Origin: Chiloscyllium plagiosum
Taxonomy: Eukaryota
Direction of reading: 5' to 3'
Assembly: GCF_004010195.1 (NCBI RefSeq)
Contig: NC_057718.1
Coordinates: 55,751,096 to 55,815,095 of the forward strand
DNA length: 64,000 nt
This document shows positions 39,565 to 53,582 of this stretch, piece by piece. The position numbers were made by a program, and so were the translations under genes. The notes under the pieces are model-generated. The model saw nothing but the letters and a program-made list of their open reading frames with translations, ran no database searches and was not told where the DNA came from. How positions within the stretch are numbered: the first letter of the stretch is position 1; each line of letters begins with the position of its first letter.

Positions 39565-39742
39565 ATTCTGGATTAGAGTGGTGCTGGAAAAGCACAGCAG
39601 TTCAGGCAGCATCCGAGGAGCAGGAAAATCAATGGAAATGTTGATTTTTCTGCTCCTTAGATGCTGCCTGAACTGCTGTGCTTTGCCAGCACCACTCTAA
39701 TCCAGAATCTGGTTTGCAGCATCTGCAGTCATTGTTTTTACC
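39565..39742. mobile_element. Short PLE fold-back
   Basis: About 65-bp inverted arms; flanks ttcttgtttctaa / ttcttgttttctaa. Confidence 0.85.
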
Positions 39743-40925
39743 TTCTTGTTTTCTAACAATGGGGTTATATAAAACTACTTCCAGTCTCATGGAACCTTTC
39801 CTAAACCAAGAGAATTTTCAAAAATTTAAAAGCAAGGTATCTGCTAGAACAATAATTGATCATCCATAAAATTATCCTAATAATTTTGCATTTTAGATAT
39901 TGGATTGAGATGTTCATTGGCCGCATCTTTTAACATTTTAGGAGATAGCCCACTTGGGCCCGAGGACTTGACAGTCCACTGCTCCATCAGTTTGCTTATT
40001 ACTGCTTCCCTTATGATAGTGATTTCACCAAGTTTCTTTCTGCTTTTTATTTCCTGACTCCTGAGGGTCAAGAATTATGAGGCAGGGCAGGTCATAGGCT
40101 ACAATCAGATCAACCATGATTTTATTGAATGACAGACCAAGCTCAGGTATCCGAATGAACTGTTCCTACTCTTATTTCTTATGATCTGATGTAGCTTACT
40201 ATCATCTCACTCGATGCCTGCACTCTTGCTAATTTATCAGACAGCTTTTCCAACATCCAATACTTGTAGATGATCAGATATTTCTCCAATTTGGGAAGAC
40301 CGAAATTGTTATGTTTGGTCCCCAATACAAATCCAGTTGCTACCACCAAAGAAATTGACTGCTATGTCTAACTGCATAACATTAGCAACTAATGTAGTTA
40401 ATGTAATAGCTACAACTGTTGGTTTCCACTTCAAATGCATTCTCTAACTACTTTGGTATGACTGAATGGTATGTCTTAAACCCAGTACAATAATGGATAT
40501 TCCATAAATTATCCTAAAAATGTTGCATTTTCGATGTAAAGTTGAGATGTTCTTAAATCCGCACTGAATTCATTTGGGGTGTAAAAAAGTATAAATTGTT
40601 GTTGGTTCCAGAAATGAAATTATTTCAGAGAACTAGATATTTGTTGATAACGTTTACTTTAATATTACATTACCGCTTCAGTTACACTTCTGGATATTTT
40701 AAGGAAGGGTTTGCGCCAGAAAAAAATCCTTATCACAAGTATATCTTGCATGTATTAATCTTATCCTCCAACCAAATTAAATTTTCAATTTCTTCAGCAA
40801 GGAAAATTGCAAACTTAAATAGATGCATAAAGAAAGTATACTGGAACTAGTTTAACAGATTGTAATTGACTTAGAATTCATTTATTTTTAATACCTTGCT
40901 TTACCACAGTTGTTGATTAGAATAT

Positions 40926-40932
40926 TACTAAC
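40926..40932 (+). promoter_or_regulatory. Consensus splice branch point TACTAAC
   Basis: Perfect TACTAAC about 20 nt upstream of the 40951 acceptor. Confidence 0.6.
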
Positions 40933-40950
40933 AGTTATCTGATGTTTAAG

Positions 40951-41153
40951 GTGGTGGCCTTACTTCTAAGCGAGGAATATTTGGTAACATGGGGAAACTG
41001 GAGACAATGATGTGTGTTTCGTATGGCCAGATGGAAGACATGATGTTCTCTGGAGCTGCAAATGGAGATGTTTACATCTGGAAAAGAAACCTTCTACTCA
41101 AGACAATTAAAGCACATGATGGCCCTGTTATTGCAATGCATGCCTTAGATAAG
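40951..41153 (+). CDS. EML6: EML6 exon (GGGLTSKRGIFGNMGKLETMMCVSYGQMEDMMFSGAANGDVYIWKRNLLLKTIKAHDGPVIAMHALDK)
   Basis: tttaag acceptor with TACTAAC upstream, AAG|gtgctt donor; 203 nt, phase 1 to 0. Confidence 0.95.
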
Positions 41154-41899
41154 GTGCTTTAAATTTTATGTCTCAATTCATAATACTAATTTTACAATAT
41201 ATGTCATGTGTGGTCTACTATGTAGGACCAGTTTCACTTTTGGTGGGATTGGAATTAATAGATAAGCCTCCATCGAAGTCCATAGAAGAAAAGTCAGATA
41301 ATGTCAATAATGGGGTCTAAAAATGCCAATTTTCTGCTGCTGCCAAAAGAGAACATTGCTCCGTATGTATGTATGCTATGTATAATTTCAGTTAAAAATT
41401 TGTATAAATACACTGGCACTATTATTGAATAGGCTGAAATCTTCAATGCTTTTTACAAGTTAAAAAGATTCATTTCAGTAGATTTTACATTAAAAATGGA
41501 ACAATTAGAACTGATTAATATCAAGATTCATTGTAAATCTAAATCTTTGGGTGGTGTTGGTTAAAGTGCCCTCTACGTTTCATATGAAGTTCACTTGGAA
41601 ATGTTTTCTAAATCCAGTTCTGCCCAAGTTGTGAAGTAACAAATGTTAACCAATGTGAACAAGCTGATTTAAATTTAAATTGGCAGTTAAATTTAATTGG
41701 AAAATGAATGTGATTTGCAGCATTGGAACAATATAGCTTTTCAAGTAATTTACAAAACAAGCACAGTAATAAAAACAGAAAATGTTGCTTTGTTTTAAAT
41801 ATTTTTAGTTCTAATATATTTTTAAATATTTAAAGTAATTTAAATATTGAAAATATTTTGCTTTTAAACAAAATTAGGTCTCAGCCCAAAATATTGTCT

Positions 41900-43587
41900 T
41901 AGAGTCACAGAGTCATAAAGATGTACAGCATGGAAACAGACCCTTCGGTCCAACTCGTCCATGCCGACTAGGTATTCCAACCCAATCTAGTCCCACCTGT
42001 CAGCACCTGGCCCATATCCCTCCAAACCCTTCCTATTCATATACCCATCCAAAGGCCTCCTAAATGTTGCAATTGTACCAGCCTCCACCACATCCTCTGG
42101 CAGCTCATTCCATACACGTACCACCCTCTGCGTGAAAACGTTGCCCCTGAGGTCTCTTTTATATCTTTCCCCTCTCACCCTAAACCTATGCCCTCTAGTT
42201 CTGGAACTCCCCGACCACAGGGAAAAGACTTTGTCTATTTATTCTATCCATGCCCCTCTTAATTTTGTAAACCTCTATAAGGTCACCCCTCAGCCTCCGA
42301 CGCTCCAGGGAAAACAGCCCCAGCCTGTTCAGCCTCTACCTGTAGCTTAGATCCTCCAACCCTGGCAACATCCTTGTAAATCGTTTCTGAACCCTTTCAA
42401 GTTTCACAACATCTTTCCGATAGGAAGGAGACCAGAATTGCACACANNNNNNNNNNNNNNNNNNNNNNNNNNNNNNNNNNNNNNNNNNNNNNNNNNNNNN
42501 NNNNNNNNNNNNNNNNNNNNNNNNNNNNNNNNNNNNNNNNNNNNNNNNNNNNNNNNNNNNNNNNNNNNNNNNNNNNNNNNNNNNNNNNNNNNNNNNNNNN
42601 NNNNNNNNNNNNNNNNNNNNNNNNNNNNNNNNNNNNNNNNNNNNNNNNNNNNNNNCCAGTTCTGTATCCAAATGGCTAGTTCTCCCTGTATTCCATGAGA
42701 TCTAACCTTGCTAATCAGTCTTCCATGGGGAACCTTGTCGAATGCCTTACTGAAGTCCATATAGATCACATCTACTGCTCTGCCCTCATCAATCTTCTTT
42801 GTTACTTTGTCAAAAAACTCAATCAAGTTTGTGAGACATGATTTCCCATGCATAAAGCCATGTTGACTATCCCTAATCAGACTTTGTCTTTCGAAATACA
42901 TGTACAACCTGTCCCTCAGGATTCCCTCCAACAACTTGCCCACCACTGAGGTCAGGCTCACCGGTCTATAGTTCCCAGGCTTGTCTTTACCGCCCTTCTT
43001 AAACAGTGGCACCATGTTAGCCAACCTCCAGTCTTGCGGCACCTCACCTGTGACTATCGATGATACAAATATCTCAGCAAGAGGCCCAGTAATCACTTCT
43101 CTAGCTTCTCACAGAGTTCTCAGGTACCTCTGATCAGGTCCTGGGGATTTATCCACCTTTAACCGTTTCAAGACATCCAGCACTTCCTCCTCTGTAATCT
43201 GGACATTTTGCAACATTTCACCATCTATCTCCCTATAGTCTATATCTTCCATATCCTTTTCCACAGTAAATACTGATGCAAAATATTCATTTAGTATCTC
43301 CCTCATTTTCTGTGGCTCCACACAAAGGCCGCCTTGCTGATCTTTGAGGGGCCCTTTTCTCTCCCTAGTTACCCTTTTGTCCTTAATATATTTGTTAAAA
43401 CCCTTTGCATTCTCCTTAATTGTATTTGCCAAAGCTATCTCATGTCCCCGTTTTTCCCTCCTGATTTCCCTCTTAAGTGTACTCCTACTTCCTTTATACT
43501 CTTCTAAGGATTAACTCGATCTATCCTGTCTATACCTGACATATGCTTCCTTCTTTTTCTTAACCAAACCCTCAATTTCTTTAGTCT
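41900..43587 (-). mobile_element. Young CR1 (HER1-like) spanning an assembly gap
   Basis: ORFs 43109..43432, 42404..43096 (NYRPVSLTS, QHGF, DFSKAFDKV), 41987..42178. Confidence 0.95.
42447..42655. other. Assembly gap (209 N)
   Basis: Run of N. Confidence 1.
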
Positions 43588-44291
43588 TGTCTGAACTTAG
43601 TGCAGAGATTGATTAACTTCTGTGTTTTGAGCTTCTATTCTTGGTCCAGCTTTTCAGCAAAAGCACTGTTTTGAATTTTATAGATTTTACATTAATTCTT
43701 TAAGTTGATGAAGCAAAAAATAACACACAGTTACTATAATAGCTGCTATAAATTATGTTTTTATGATTCTGTGGCCATTCTTTTTCACATGTCTACAAAT
43801 GCTTTCTGATCTCAGACAGCCTTTCCAGTTTGAACAAACAAGGGTCAGAAACAGCTTTTAGAAAAAGACTGGGAAGAGATGAAAAAGATGGGAGACATCA
43901 CCAGCTTTATTTATATCCAGGATATCTCAGGCAATAAATGTTGGATCAAGATCTCACATGTCAATTTCACACACATATTTTGATCATTGCTACTTAAAAT
44001 TGAGGTTTCTTTGTCCAACGCACCCATCCGGATTTGGCAGGTCACTCATGCTCTGATGACTTTTGAGGCCAAACATGGTAGGAGTCCCCTGCCCAGATGC
44101 AGACTGATATTCCTCGGTTTGAACTACTGCAGACTTTATAGTCAGAAAGACGGCAAGGTGGAGGGGCCAGATACCTCTGGAGTGTCTTGAAAAGAAGCTT
44201 CTGGGAATCTTATGTTGGACTTCTCTTCCCTATGGATGCCTGGAGGAGGCACCTGCTGTGAGGTCAAGGAATCTTGCTCTCTCTCTCACCT

Positions 44292-44842
44292 CACTGGAAT
44301 ATTGCGTGTAATTCTGGTCTCCTTTATCGGACAGATGTTGTGAAACTTGAAAGGATTCAGAAAAGATTTACAAGGATGTTGCCAGGGTTGGAGGATTTGA
44401 GCTATAGGGAGAGGCTGAACAGGCTAGAACTATTTTCCCTGGAGAGTCAGAGGCTGAGGGGTAACCTTATAGAGGTTTACAAAATTATGAGGGGCACGGA
44501 TAGGGTAAATAGACAAAGTCTTTTCCCTGGGGTCAGGGAGTCCAGAACTAGAGGGCATAGGTTTAGGGTGAGAGGGGAAAGATATAAGAGACCTACAGGG
44601 CAATTTTTTCACACAGAGGGTGCTACGCGTATGGAATGAGCTGCCAGAGGAAGTGGTGAAGGCTGGTACAATTGCCACATTTAAGAGGCATTTGGATGGG
44701 TATATGAATAAGAAGGGTTTGGGGGGATATGGGCCGGGTGCTGGCAGGTGGAACTAGATTGGATTGTGATATCTGGTTGGCATGGACATGTTGGACCGAA
44801 GGGTCTGTTTCCATGCTGTACATCTCTATGACTCTGTGACTC
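44292..44842 (+). mobile_element. CR1 (HER1-like) 3' fragment
   Basis: ORF 44274..44639 plus tail. Confidence 0.92.
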
Positions 44843-45924
44843 ACCATTAACACCAAGTACTTATGGCTACAGCTACATAGTACTGGTAACAAATGGTTGA
44901 TGTTAAGTGCACTGGACTTGGATCCCCATGGCAGTTGCTGATCTATCCATGGAGATAACCAGATGCATATTGAGCCAGCAAGGTACTGATAACATTAGTT
45001 TTCCATCCCTTGATGCTGATTACTAACTGCCTTTGACAAACCTGCCTGCTGTTCCTGTTTCCATCAGGGCATTTTAATTAAGTATTTGTTGCCTGGGTCT
45101 CTGACAGTCATCTGAATTTCAGAGATCCAGGCTTTTTCTTCCTTATACTGCTTCAGCAGTGCCACCTGTGATGCTATCGCAAGATTACACTCCTGAGTCA
45201 AATCCAGGTAGAGTATCCACCAAGATGAAAGTCTTTAAACTGGGGGAGGGTACAGATGAAAACCTTGCCATCCTCTGAGGTTCGGTGACTTTCTCCTCAG
45301 ATATAATGGAGAACTGAGGGTCTTTGGAGCTACCCTCTTTTTGGCTGAGGTTTGCTAGATGCTGCTAGTACCTATGTAAGAGAAGAAAAGAAATTATTTT
45401 CCTGAAAGGGATAAAAGCTTATGTAGATTAAGTTTGAGTTATCACTGGTGCATAACACAACACAATGAAGCATACTGGGTTGGTTGAAACATTGAGGTCC
45501 CCTATCCTCACAGGAATGGTCATGCTCTTTTCTAGTTAGCTCAGGAATTTTCTTTTCATATTGAGTGAGGAGTCTGATGTCCTTCCCCACCTGCTTGTCT
45601 TGGCACTCTCAGTCTGAATGTGGGCTAGTTTTCCTGCAATGAGACAAAACAAGGGTTAACTATGGTGGGGTTTGCTGGAAGAACAATTATTGTTGATGGA
45701 GGAACAGAAGAAGTGATGCATTATACTTAGTGATGGAGTAGGAAGCACAGGACAAGAAAAATGTTGTGGTTTTTGAGAATGAAGTAGACGAGACCCATTG
45801 AGTAGACATAATGAATGCAGTGGTGAGAGTTGTAGTCCATGAACATTTGTGGGATGCCTGTATACTGGCACAATTAGAGTGGGTGGCCCTGTGAATGCAT
45901 GGTAGCACAAAGAAGATCATAGAC

Positions 45925-46115
45925 GTGCCCTTGCAGAGCAAAGAGGATCATTGGCCTTTTTCCTGCACTGTTTTGCATTATTTTGTACCTTTGATACAAC
46001 ATGGACCTGTGCCGTTGTCTTGGCTCAGGCTAGCTTTTTCAGGTGGTATGGTCATCAGGATAAAGTACTGCCATCTTCTGTACCACCCTGTCCACAAGGA
46101 ATAAAAGGTCAGCTT
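45925..46115 (-). mobile_element. Harbinger Myb/SANT-like ORF relic, within a larger decayed element (about 44850-47150)
   Basis: Minus strand LVDRVVQKMAVLYPDD...A*AKTTAQVHVVSKVQNNAKQCRKKANDPL fits the W..IA..VN......R...QC.KK..DL pattern. Confidence 0.6.
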
Positions 46116-46615
46116 CTAAGTCACATGCTCAGTTATAATTGTCAAGCAACACTGTGTAAGGATCAACTCTTGGCATACGGTGTTTGAAGTGTTGTGCAGC
46201 TGAGCTTTAAATATAGTGCTAGAGTGTAAACATCGGAGTCTAGCCCTGGCAGTAGCAGGCACTTCCACCTCGTTCGCACCATGACCCCACAAGAAGGGTA
46301 CCATGGAGCCCAGATACTAAATTTTTGAGATGAAGAATGGAAGACTGTGTAAGAAGTCACCCTCAGCCATGGAAGAGCAGTTCCATGAACCCCACTCAAC
46401 TCATTTATTTCGAAATGGGAAAATTCAACCCAATATATTATCTTTCTTTTCATATGAGATGATCAACTGCAAGGTGTTGTAGCTGTTTCCTGCTTCAACC
46501 TGAAAGGAATGTGACATGAAGAATTTACTGACCACAGTCATCTTAACAGCATCTTGCAGTGGTATTTTGCTCTGCCCTGAGGCTGGAAAGTCTGTTAGCA
46601 ACTGATAGTGGGTTT

Positions 46616-46736
46616 GAAGGGCTTATGCCTGAAACGTCGACTCCCCTGCTCCTTGAATGCTGCCTGACCTGCTGCGCTTTTCCAGCAACACATTTTTCAG
46701 CTCTGATCTCCAGCATCTGCAGTCCTCACTTTCTCC
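46616..46736 (+). mobile_element. PLE 3' end starting inside the hammerhead
   Basis: gaagggcttatgcctgaaacgtcga...cctcactttctcc. Confidence 0.85.
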
Positions 46737-47572
46737 AGGTTTCAATCAATGCCTCTTTCAGAAACCAGGCTCTAATAACTGTTTCTTGTCTCAGTTGATC
46801 TCAAAGAAATACTCCCTTCATACCCTGGGTGACAATGGCTTCCTGCTGAGAGCCATTTCCACCACTCCTTCTCCGTCACCACTGCTTGTTTTCCCTGCCA
46901 TTCTGCAAGCCAAGCATGTTGAAAACTACAGCATTGATTTCTGAAAGCATGTATCTGTGTAGAACTCTTCAAGTCAGAACCTGGGTCTTCACTATATATC
47001 ACTTCATGCCCTGTGATTTTCACAAACTTTAAATGAGCGTCCAAATCTGCCAAACGCTTTTTCCTGATTCCTCAGCAGTTAGTAGAAATCAATCAGCAAT
47101 TAATCTGATATTGCCAAATCATCCTTTTAAATACTGCTTATGTGGTAGAATGGTCCTTCTGCTGTTAAGGAGAAGTTCAGTAATGCAACTTTAAGATGAA
47201 TTCAATGATAGTGTTGAGATTGAATGCTATCCCGAGAATCAAATCAGCACTATGTGCTGACTGATGTCTCAACCTTCTTCTCGGGCATACTTTGCCAATG
47301 TCATGCCAACCTATCCAAAATAGAGTCTGGCAAGACCCATACCAGAAGTATGTGTTTGTAAAGCTGAAACCATTTTGGATGCAAAATGGCACTGATAGCA
47401 CTGAAATATAGCTCTACAAAATTGAATTTTGAAGCATTACTTTCTGCAAATTAGACAGTACTTAATTATTCTGTGCAGCTCCTTAAATAGTTTTATACTG
47501 AATTGATTTGATATAAATTGACATGCTAATTGCTGGAAACCTTCAATCCTCTTTGTTTATTTAATTTATTAG

Positions 47573-47824
<252 letters not shown>

Positions 47825-47825
47825 T

Positions 47826-47915
47826 GAAAGAATTGCAGAATCTGTAAATCAGAAACAAAAACAAAAGTTGCTTCCTCAGAACTGCAGTTCTGAGGAAGGT
47901 TCACTGGACTCTCAA
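47826..47915. mobile_element. Tiny PLE fold-back with a 28-bp perfect palindrome
   Basis: cttcctcagaactgcagttctgaggaag at 47871-47898, preceded by an inverted PLE tail. Confidence 0.7.
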
Positions 47916-48644
47916 AACTATTCCACCATTCAACAGGATCACGGATAAACTTCAGTTTTATTAAATGGCTGATCTTTGGTCTTATTGAATGGTAAAACAG
48001 TATGACCTACTACTGCTCTAATTTCTTATGTTCCTTACTTTAAATATACTGTTACATGAAGCTTAATCATTTTCTGTTAACAGAATATTAATTGTGCCTT
48101 TGAAGTTTCTAAGTTTGGAGGGGTCAATCAAAAGTACAAGTTGTAAGAACAAGGAAAGAACCTGATTCTTTCTGACCAATGTTTCTGTATTTAATATCTT
48201 AAACTGCTAATTGGGATAGTGTATCTCTTTTAACAGATTCCTTTCATGATGACAAGTTTTTATATAGGTTCTTCTCCCCAATCCCCAAACAATTCAGCAA
48301 GATCTTCATGTCTCTTGAATTTCTGGGTTGTTTATCCCTGATTCTTTCCCACTTCCCAGTGTTACCTATGCATTTGTCATGCATCAGTTAATGACCTTGA
48401 CTTGTACATTGTTGTATATTGGCCCGGATCTTCTGGTCAGAAGTGAGGCAACAACACTTGCCACTAACCTTGAATAAAAGCCACCCGAAAAGATTTAGCG
48501 ATCTCTATGGCATGACTTTCTTTTTCCCTCTTCTGACTACAGCTTAAATCTGAATCAGTTATGTCAGCAAGGAGGTGAGCAGCCAATAATTTGAGGTATT
48601 CGGCCGCAGGAAACCATGAAGTTGAGAGCACTTGATATCTGTAT

Positions 48645-48980
48645 GGCATGGTGGCTCAGTGATTAGCACTGTTGCCCCACAGAGACCCAATTTCAAATCC
48701 AGCTTCGGGTGACTGTCCATCTGTGTGGAATTTGCTAGTTCTCCCTATGTGTGTGTGTGGGTTTCTGCTGGGTACTCCAGTTTCCTCCTACAGTCCAAAG
48801 ATGTGCAGCATAGGTGGATTTTCAGTAGTTTCCATGGATGTGTAGGCTAGCCATGGTAAATGTGGGGTTACAGGGATAGAGTAGGGGGCTGGGTCTAGGT
48901 TGGATGCTCTTCAGCAGGTTGGTACAGACTTGATGGGTCAAATGGCCTCTTTCTGCAATGTAGGGAATTTATGATTCTAT
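48645..48980 (+). mobile_element. HE1-like V-SINE, older subfamily
   Basis: tggctcagtg A box, V-domain, CR1-type tail. Confidence 0.85.
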
Positions 48981-49817
48981 CTTTCATTGCTAAGGTATAT
49001 TTTCCAGATAGCAAAGTGCATTACTTATGATTGATTAGTATAGAAACTAATATAAAGATAAATGGGCTTCTAAAAAAATTAAAAATAAGTCTTTCTTTAA
49101 TATTGCAACAAAATTTTCCATTCTACAATTTTTTTTCAGGGCATTCGCAATAGTTAGGATATTAGTATTATTTATAGAGTTACATCCAATTCAGCAAGCT
49201 ATAACTTTCTCAAGAGTATTTAAAATGAGTTTAAAATAATTTAAACATTATTGAAGTGGACATTTTCCTTGTGATTTGTGGAAATCGCTGCATTGCACCT
49301 TCTAGAGGTCCATGGACTCATTAACAGCAGTTTCCAGATTTTCAATATTATTGTGTATGTATGCAGAGTTTCAAAGTTGCTGTCTGTTTAATGGCTAAAT
49401 GATCTTGGATACTTTGTTTTCATTACCATTTTAAAATCTGCTATTCATTGTTATTTATTTGCCCTATTTCATGTAATTTAGTGTTTATTTACTGGTGGAC
49501 CTAAAGTCTTGGCACATAATTAGGGAAATGCAATAATTTAAAATAAAGTGAACAAAAGCTTCTGCATTCACAATATGAAGTACAAGTGTAAGGAGGAGGT
49601 TAGAAGGTTCTTTTTATATTAAGAAATATTAAGTTATATGAGGTACATTACCACAAATAACTGCTGCAAATATCAGTCAACATTTAAGAGGATATGAGTA
49701 AAAGACTGGAAGAAGGAAAACATAAAATAGTACAGGAAATGAATGGCAATAGAGTAGATAGGTCTGAGGCACAGAGACAATGGGCCAAGTAGGTTACTGC
49801 TTGTGCTTTTTATATGA

Positions 49818-49979
<162 letters not shown>

Positions 49980-50292
49980 TAAAGAGCAAAGGATTCAAAT
50001 AAAGCAGGACCAGAGACCAGTATAACTTTCACTTGATACTTTAGGCTTATGCTCTAGTTCAGCATTTCACTTGTTTTATTACTTACTGCTCTAAAATGAT
50101 ATACATTATGTGGGAACTTTCCTCTGGGTGTTAGTCATATTTTAAAGGTTTACAAACTTGTTTTAATCCTTCCTGAACAGAAATGTGGTGAAAATACTTC
50201 ATATTGGTCAGATCAGTTTATTCAAATAATTGTCAAGTGGAGCTTTGGATACATGTAGGGAACACATTAAGGATGGGAGTGTAAAATCATAC

Positions 50293-51410
50293 CTGTGATA
50301 CCAGCTGAACCACAGGTCCATAGCATATGATAATTCTTGAAGTCACCCCAATAACTCTTCCCAATTCATCAATCCCTCAATTTACTATCCCAAACTATAC
50401 TTACAGTTTACATGACTTCTGTTGCCATTTGTTTTATGTAAAACCAGAATAACTACTTATTATGAATGAGAAGTATTTTACAACATTCTAGGATTGGCAA
50501 ACTCTTAAAACTACTAGCTAACAACCCAGCCTATTACCCCAAAATCCACCTTTATTCTCCCAAGCTGGCACTTAAACCTGATAAACAAGACAAAGGGTTA
50601 GTAGTGGAGGTTAGATGTTAAGTCAAATATAGAAAGAGAGAAGGGTGGTATGCCACGTGGCTGGACTCTTTATGTGAATCGCATTTTAGCAATTTTGACC
50701 TCCAAATATGCTAAACCACTCTGAACAGCGCTATGACAATTAGGTGATGAAAGAGCTTAAGCCTTTGAAAGAGTTATTGAGTTGGGTTGGTTCCTTCTTA
50801 AGGGCAATCTCCTCCTGGTACCTTACCAATCGACACTAACGATATGACTCCATACCAAAAACTGTCTTCCAGTTCTACCATTACTGCTCCAGGCACAGCT
50901 ATCTGTTCTTTGCTTCAATCACTATCCTCATGATTCCCTACCAAGCCGGCATTCGCGGTGTGTCTCTTCTCTGGGAGTAATTCTTTCCCGGACCTCACTG
51001 CTCAAGCTCGAACCATTTACTTCAGACACACACAGCTGCAGGGTTCGGATTGACAATTCTGCCTCCTCATTTTTACCTAAGGATTGTAACTTCCTTTACT
51101 GGTCATTTTTGGACTTGTTGCAAGGTCATAGGGTTAACCTCCCTCTGAACCTTGGTTGACTTTCTGCAGCGTTGGGGTAACCAATCAGTGGCCACTCCCA
51201 ATCTGTACTAATTGCTACTGTCACCAAGATCGATTCCTCAGTTGGAGAGGCACTAGAAGGAATTGTGAACCCTTACTCAGAATCTTCTCTGATAAATTTT
51301 AAAAATTAACAATGGAACTTAGTTATAGACAGAAAAGTTAAAACGAATAGATTGAGTTATGAGAATAGCTTTCTACAGAAGTATAAACAAAAGATTTATT
51401 GGTCATCGCA
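50293..51410. mobile_element. Possible solo LTR
   Basis: Starts TGTGATA, non-coding, composition differs from the flanking intron; ends and TSD not resolved. Confidence 0.25.
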
Positions 51411-52169
51411 GTACATTTTTGTGCATGCAGGGTTTTGGAAAATGAGTTTTTGTTCTTAGAAAAGCCAGACTACAAGAACTTCTGTGGAAAAGAACTTCAT
51501 ACTCTAATGATCCTCTGAGAGAAAACGATTTTACTTATCTCTGTCTTAAAAGAGAGATGGTTTCTTGTTAAATTATGTCCCCTAGTTTAGTCTCATCGAC
51601 AAAAGGAAACATTCTATTAGAAACCACCCAATGCAGCTTCCAAAAACTCTTACAGGTTTCATTATGATCACCCCTCCTTATTTTAGATTTCGTTGGGCAT
51701 AGGGATAATCTGTCCAAGCATGCTTCATAAAATGAGCCCTTAATTCCAGGAATGAGTTGAATGAACCTTTACTGAACTGCTTATAAAGGATTATTTTTTT
51801 TTAAAATAAAGAAGACAGGACTCCAGATGTGGTCTCATCAATGTCCTGAACAGCTGCAATAAAATTTCACTTTTTTATGTTCCATTTCCCCTCCAATAAA
51901 TGACAACATTCCATTCTCTTTGTTAATAATTCCCAATGCTTTTCTTATCACTTGCTACACCTACAGACTAACATTTTGTGATTCACGTATCAAGGCACCC
52001 AAATCCCTCTTTACCACTGAACTCTTTTTAAACAATAAGTGAATCAAGTGTTATGGGAAAAGGGCAGAAAAATTGAGTTAAAGTTTATCAGATCAGCCAT
52101 GATCTCAGAGAATAATGGAACAGATTTGATTAGCTGAATGGCCTACTTCTGCTCTCATGTCCTATGCGT

Positions 52170-53582
52170 TTAAAAAGGATGATAGACAAAAGATAGGGAA
52201 ATATGGACTGGTTAGCTTAACCTTTGTAGTGGGGAAGTTGCTTGAGTCCATTATCAAGGAAGAAATAGCAAGGTATCAACATAGAAATTGTCCCACTGGG
52301 CATTTCAGCATGGGTTCATGAAGGGCAAGTCATGCTTAACTTATCTTTTGGAATTCTATGAAGATATTACAGGCACGGTGGGCAACGGGGACCTAGTAGA
52401 TGTGGTGTACCTTGATTTCCAAAAGGCTTTCGACAAGGTACCACACAAGATGCTGCTGCATAAGATAAAGATGCATGGCATTACGGGTAAAGTATTAGCA
52501 TGGATAGAGGATTGGTTGACTAACAGGAAGAAAAGAGTGAGGATAAATGAGTGCTATTCTGGTTGGCAATCAGTAACTAGCGGTGTGCCTCAGGGATCGG
52601 TGTTGGGAACACAATTATTCACAATTTATATAGATGCTTTGGAGTTGGGCACCATGCGTTGTGTGTCAAAACTTGCAGATGAGACTAAGATGAGTGGCAG
52701 AGCAAAGTGTGCAGAGAACTGTGAAACTTTGTAGAGGAAGATGGATACTTTAAGTGAGTGGGCAAAGATCTGGCAGATGGAATATAATATTAATAAATGT
52801 GATATCATCCATTTTGGTAGGAATATCAGTAAGAAGGACTATTACTTGAATGGTAAAATGATGCAGCGTGCTGCTTTGCAGAGGGATCTTGGTATCCTTG
52901 TGCATGAATCACAGAAAGCTGGTCTGTAGGTACAACATGTAATTAGGAAGGCAAATGGAATTTTGTCCATCATTGCTAAAGGGATTGAATTTAAAAGCAG
53001 GGAGGTTATGTTTCAGTTGTATAGGGTGCTGGTGAGGCCACACCTGGAGTACTGTGTGCAGTTTTGGTCTCCTTAATTGAGAAAGGATGTACGGGCACTA
53101 GAGAGGTTGCAGAGGAGGTTCATTAGGTTGATACTGGAGTTGAGGGGCTGACCTATGAGTAGACACTGAGTAGATTGGGATTATATTCATTGGAATTCAG
53201 AAGAATGAGGGGATCTCATAGAAACATATAAAATTATAGACAAGATAGACGTAGAGAGGATGTTCCACTTGCAGGTGAAACTAGGACAAGAGGGCATAGC
53301 CTCAAAATTAGGGGGAGCAGATTTAGGACTGAATTGAGAAGGAACTTCTTCACCCAGAGGGTTGTGAACCTATGGAATTCCCTGCCCAGTGAAGTAGTTG
53401 ACACTACTTTAGTAAATTTTTTTAAAGCTAAGATGGTTTTTGAACAATAAAGGAATTAAGGGTTACGGTGAGAAGATGGGTAAATGGAGCTGGGACCACA
53501 AAAAGATCAGCTATTGAATGGCGGAGCAGGCTCAGAGAGCCAAATGGTCTACTCCTGCTCTTAGTTCTTATGTTCTTATGGT
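52170..53582 (+). mobile_element. CR1 (RT to tail)
   Basis: ORFs 52288..52734 and 52741..52929; (ttcttatg)n tail. Confidence 0.93.

Larger units (their letters stand above)
36238..40062 (-). mobile_element. Old CR1 broken by at least five younger insertions
   Basis: Collinear CR1 pieces at 36238-36665, 37540-38038, 38313-38346, 39024-39135, 39495-39564 and 39745-40062 (ORF 39877..40071 KSSGPSGLSPKMLK). Confidence 0.75.
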
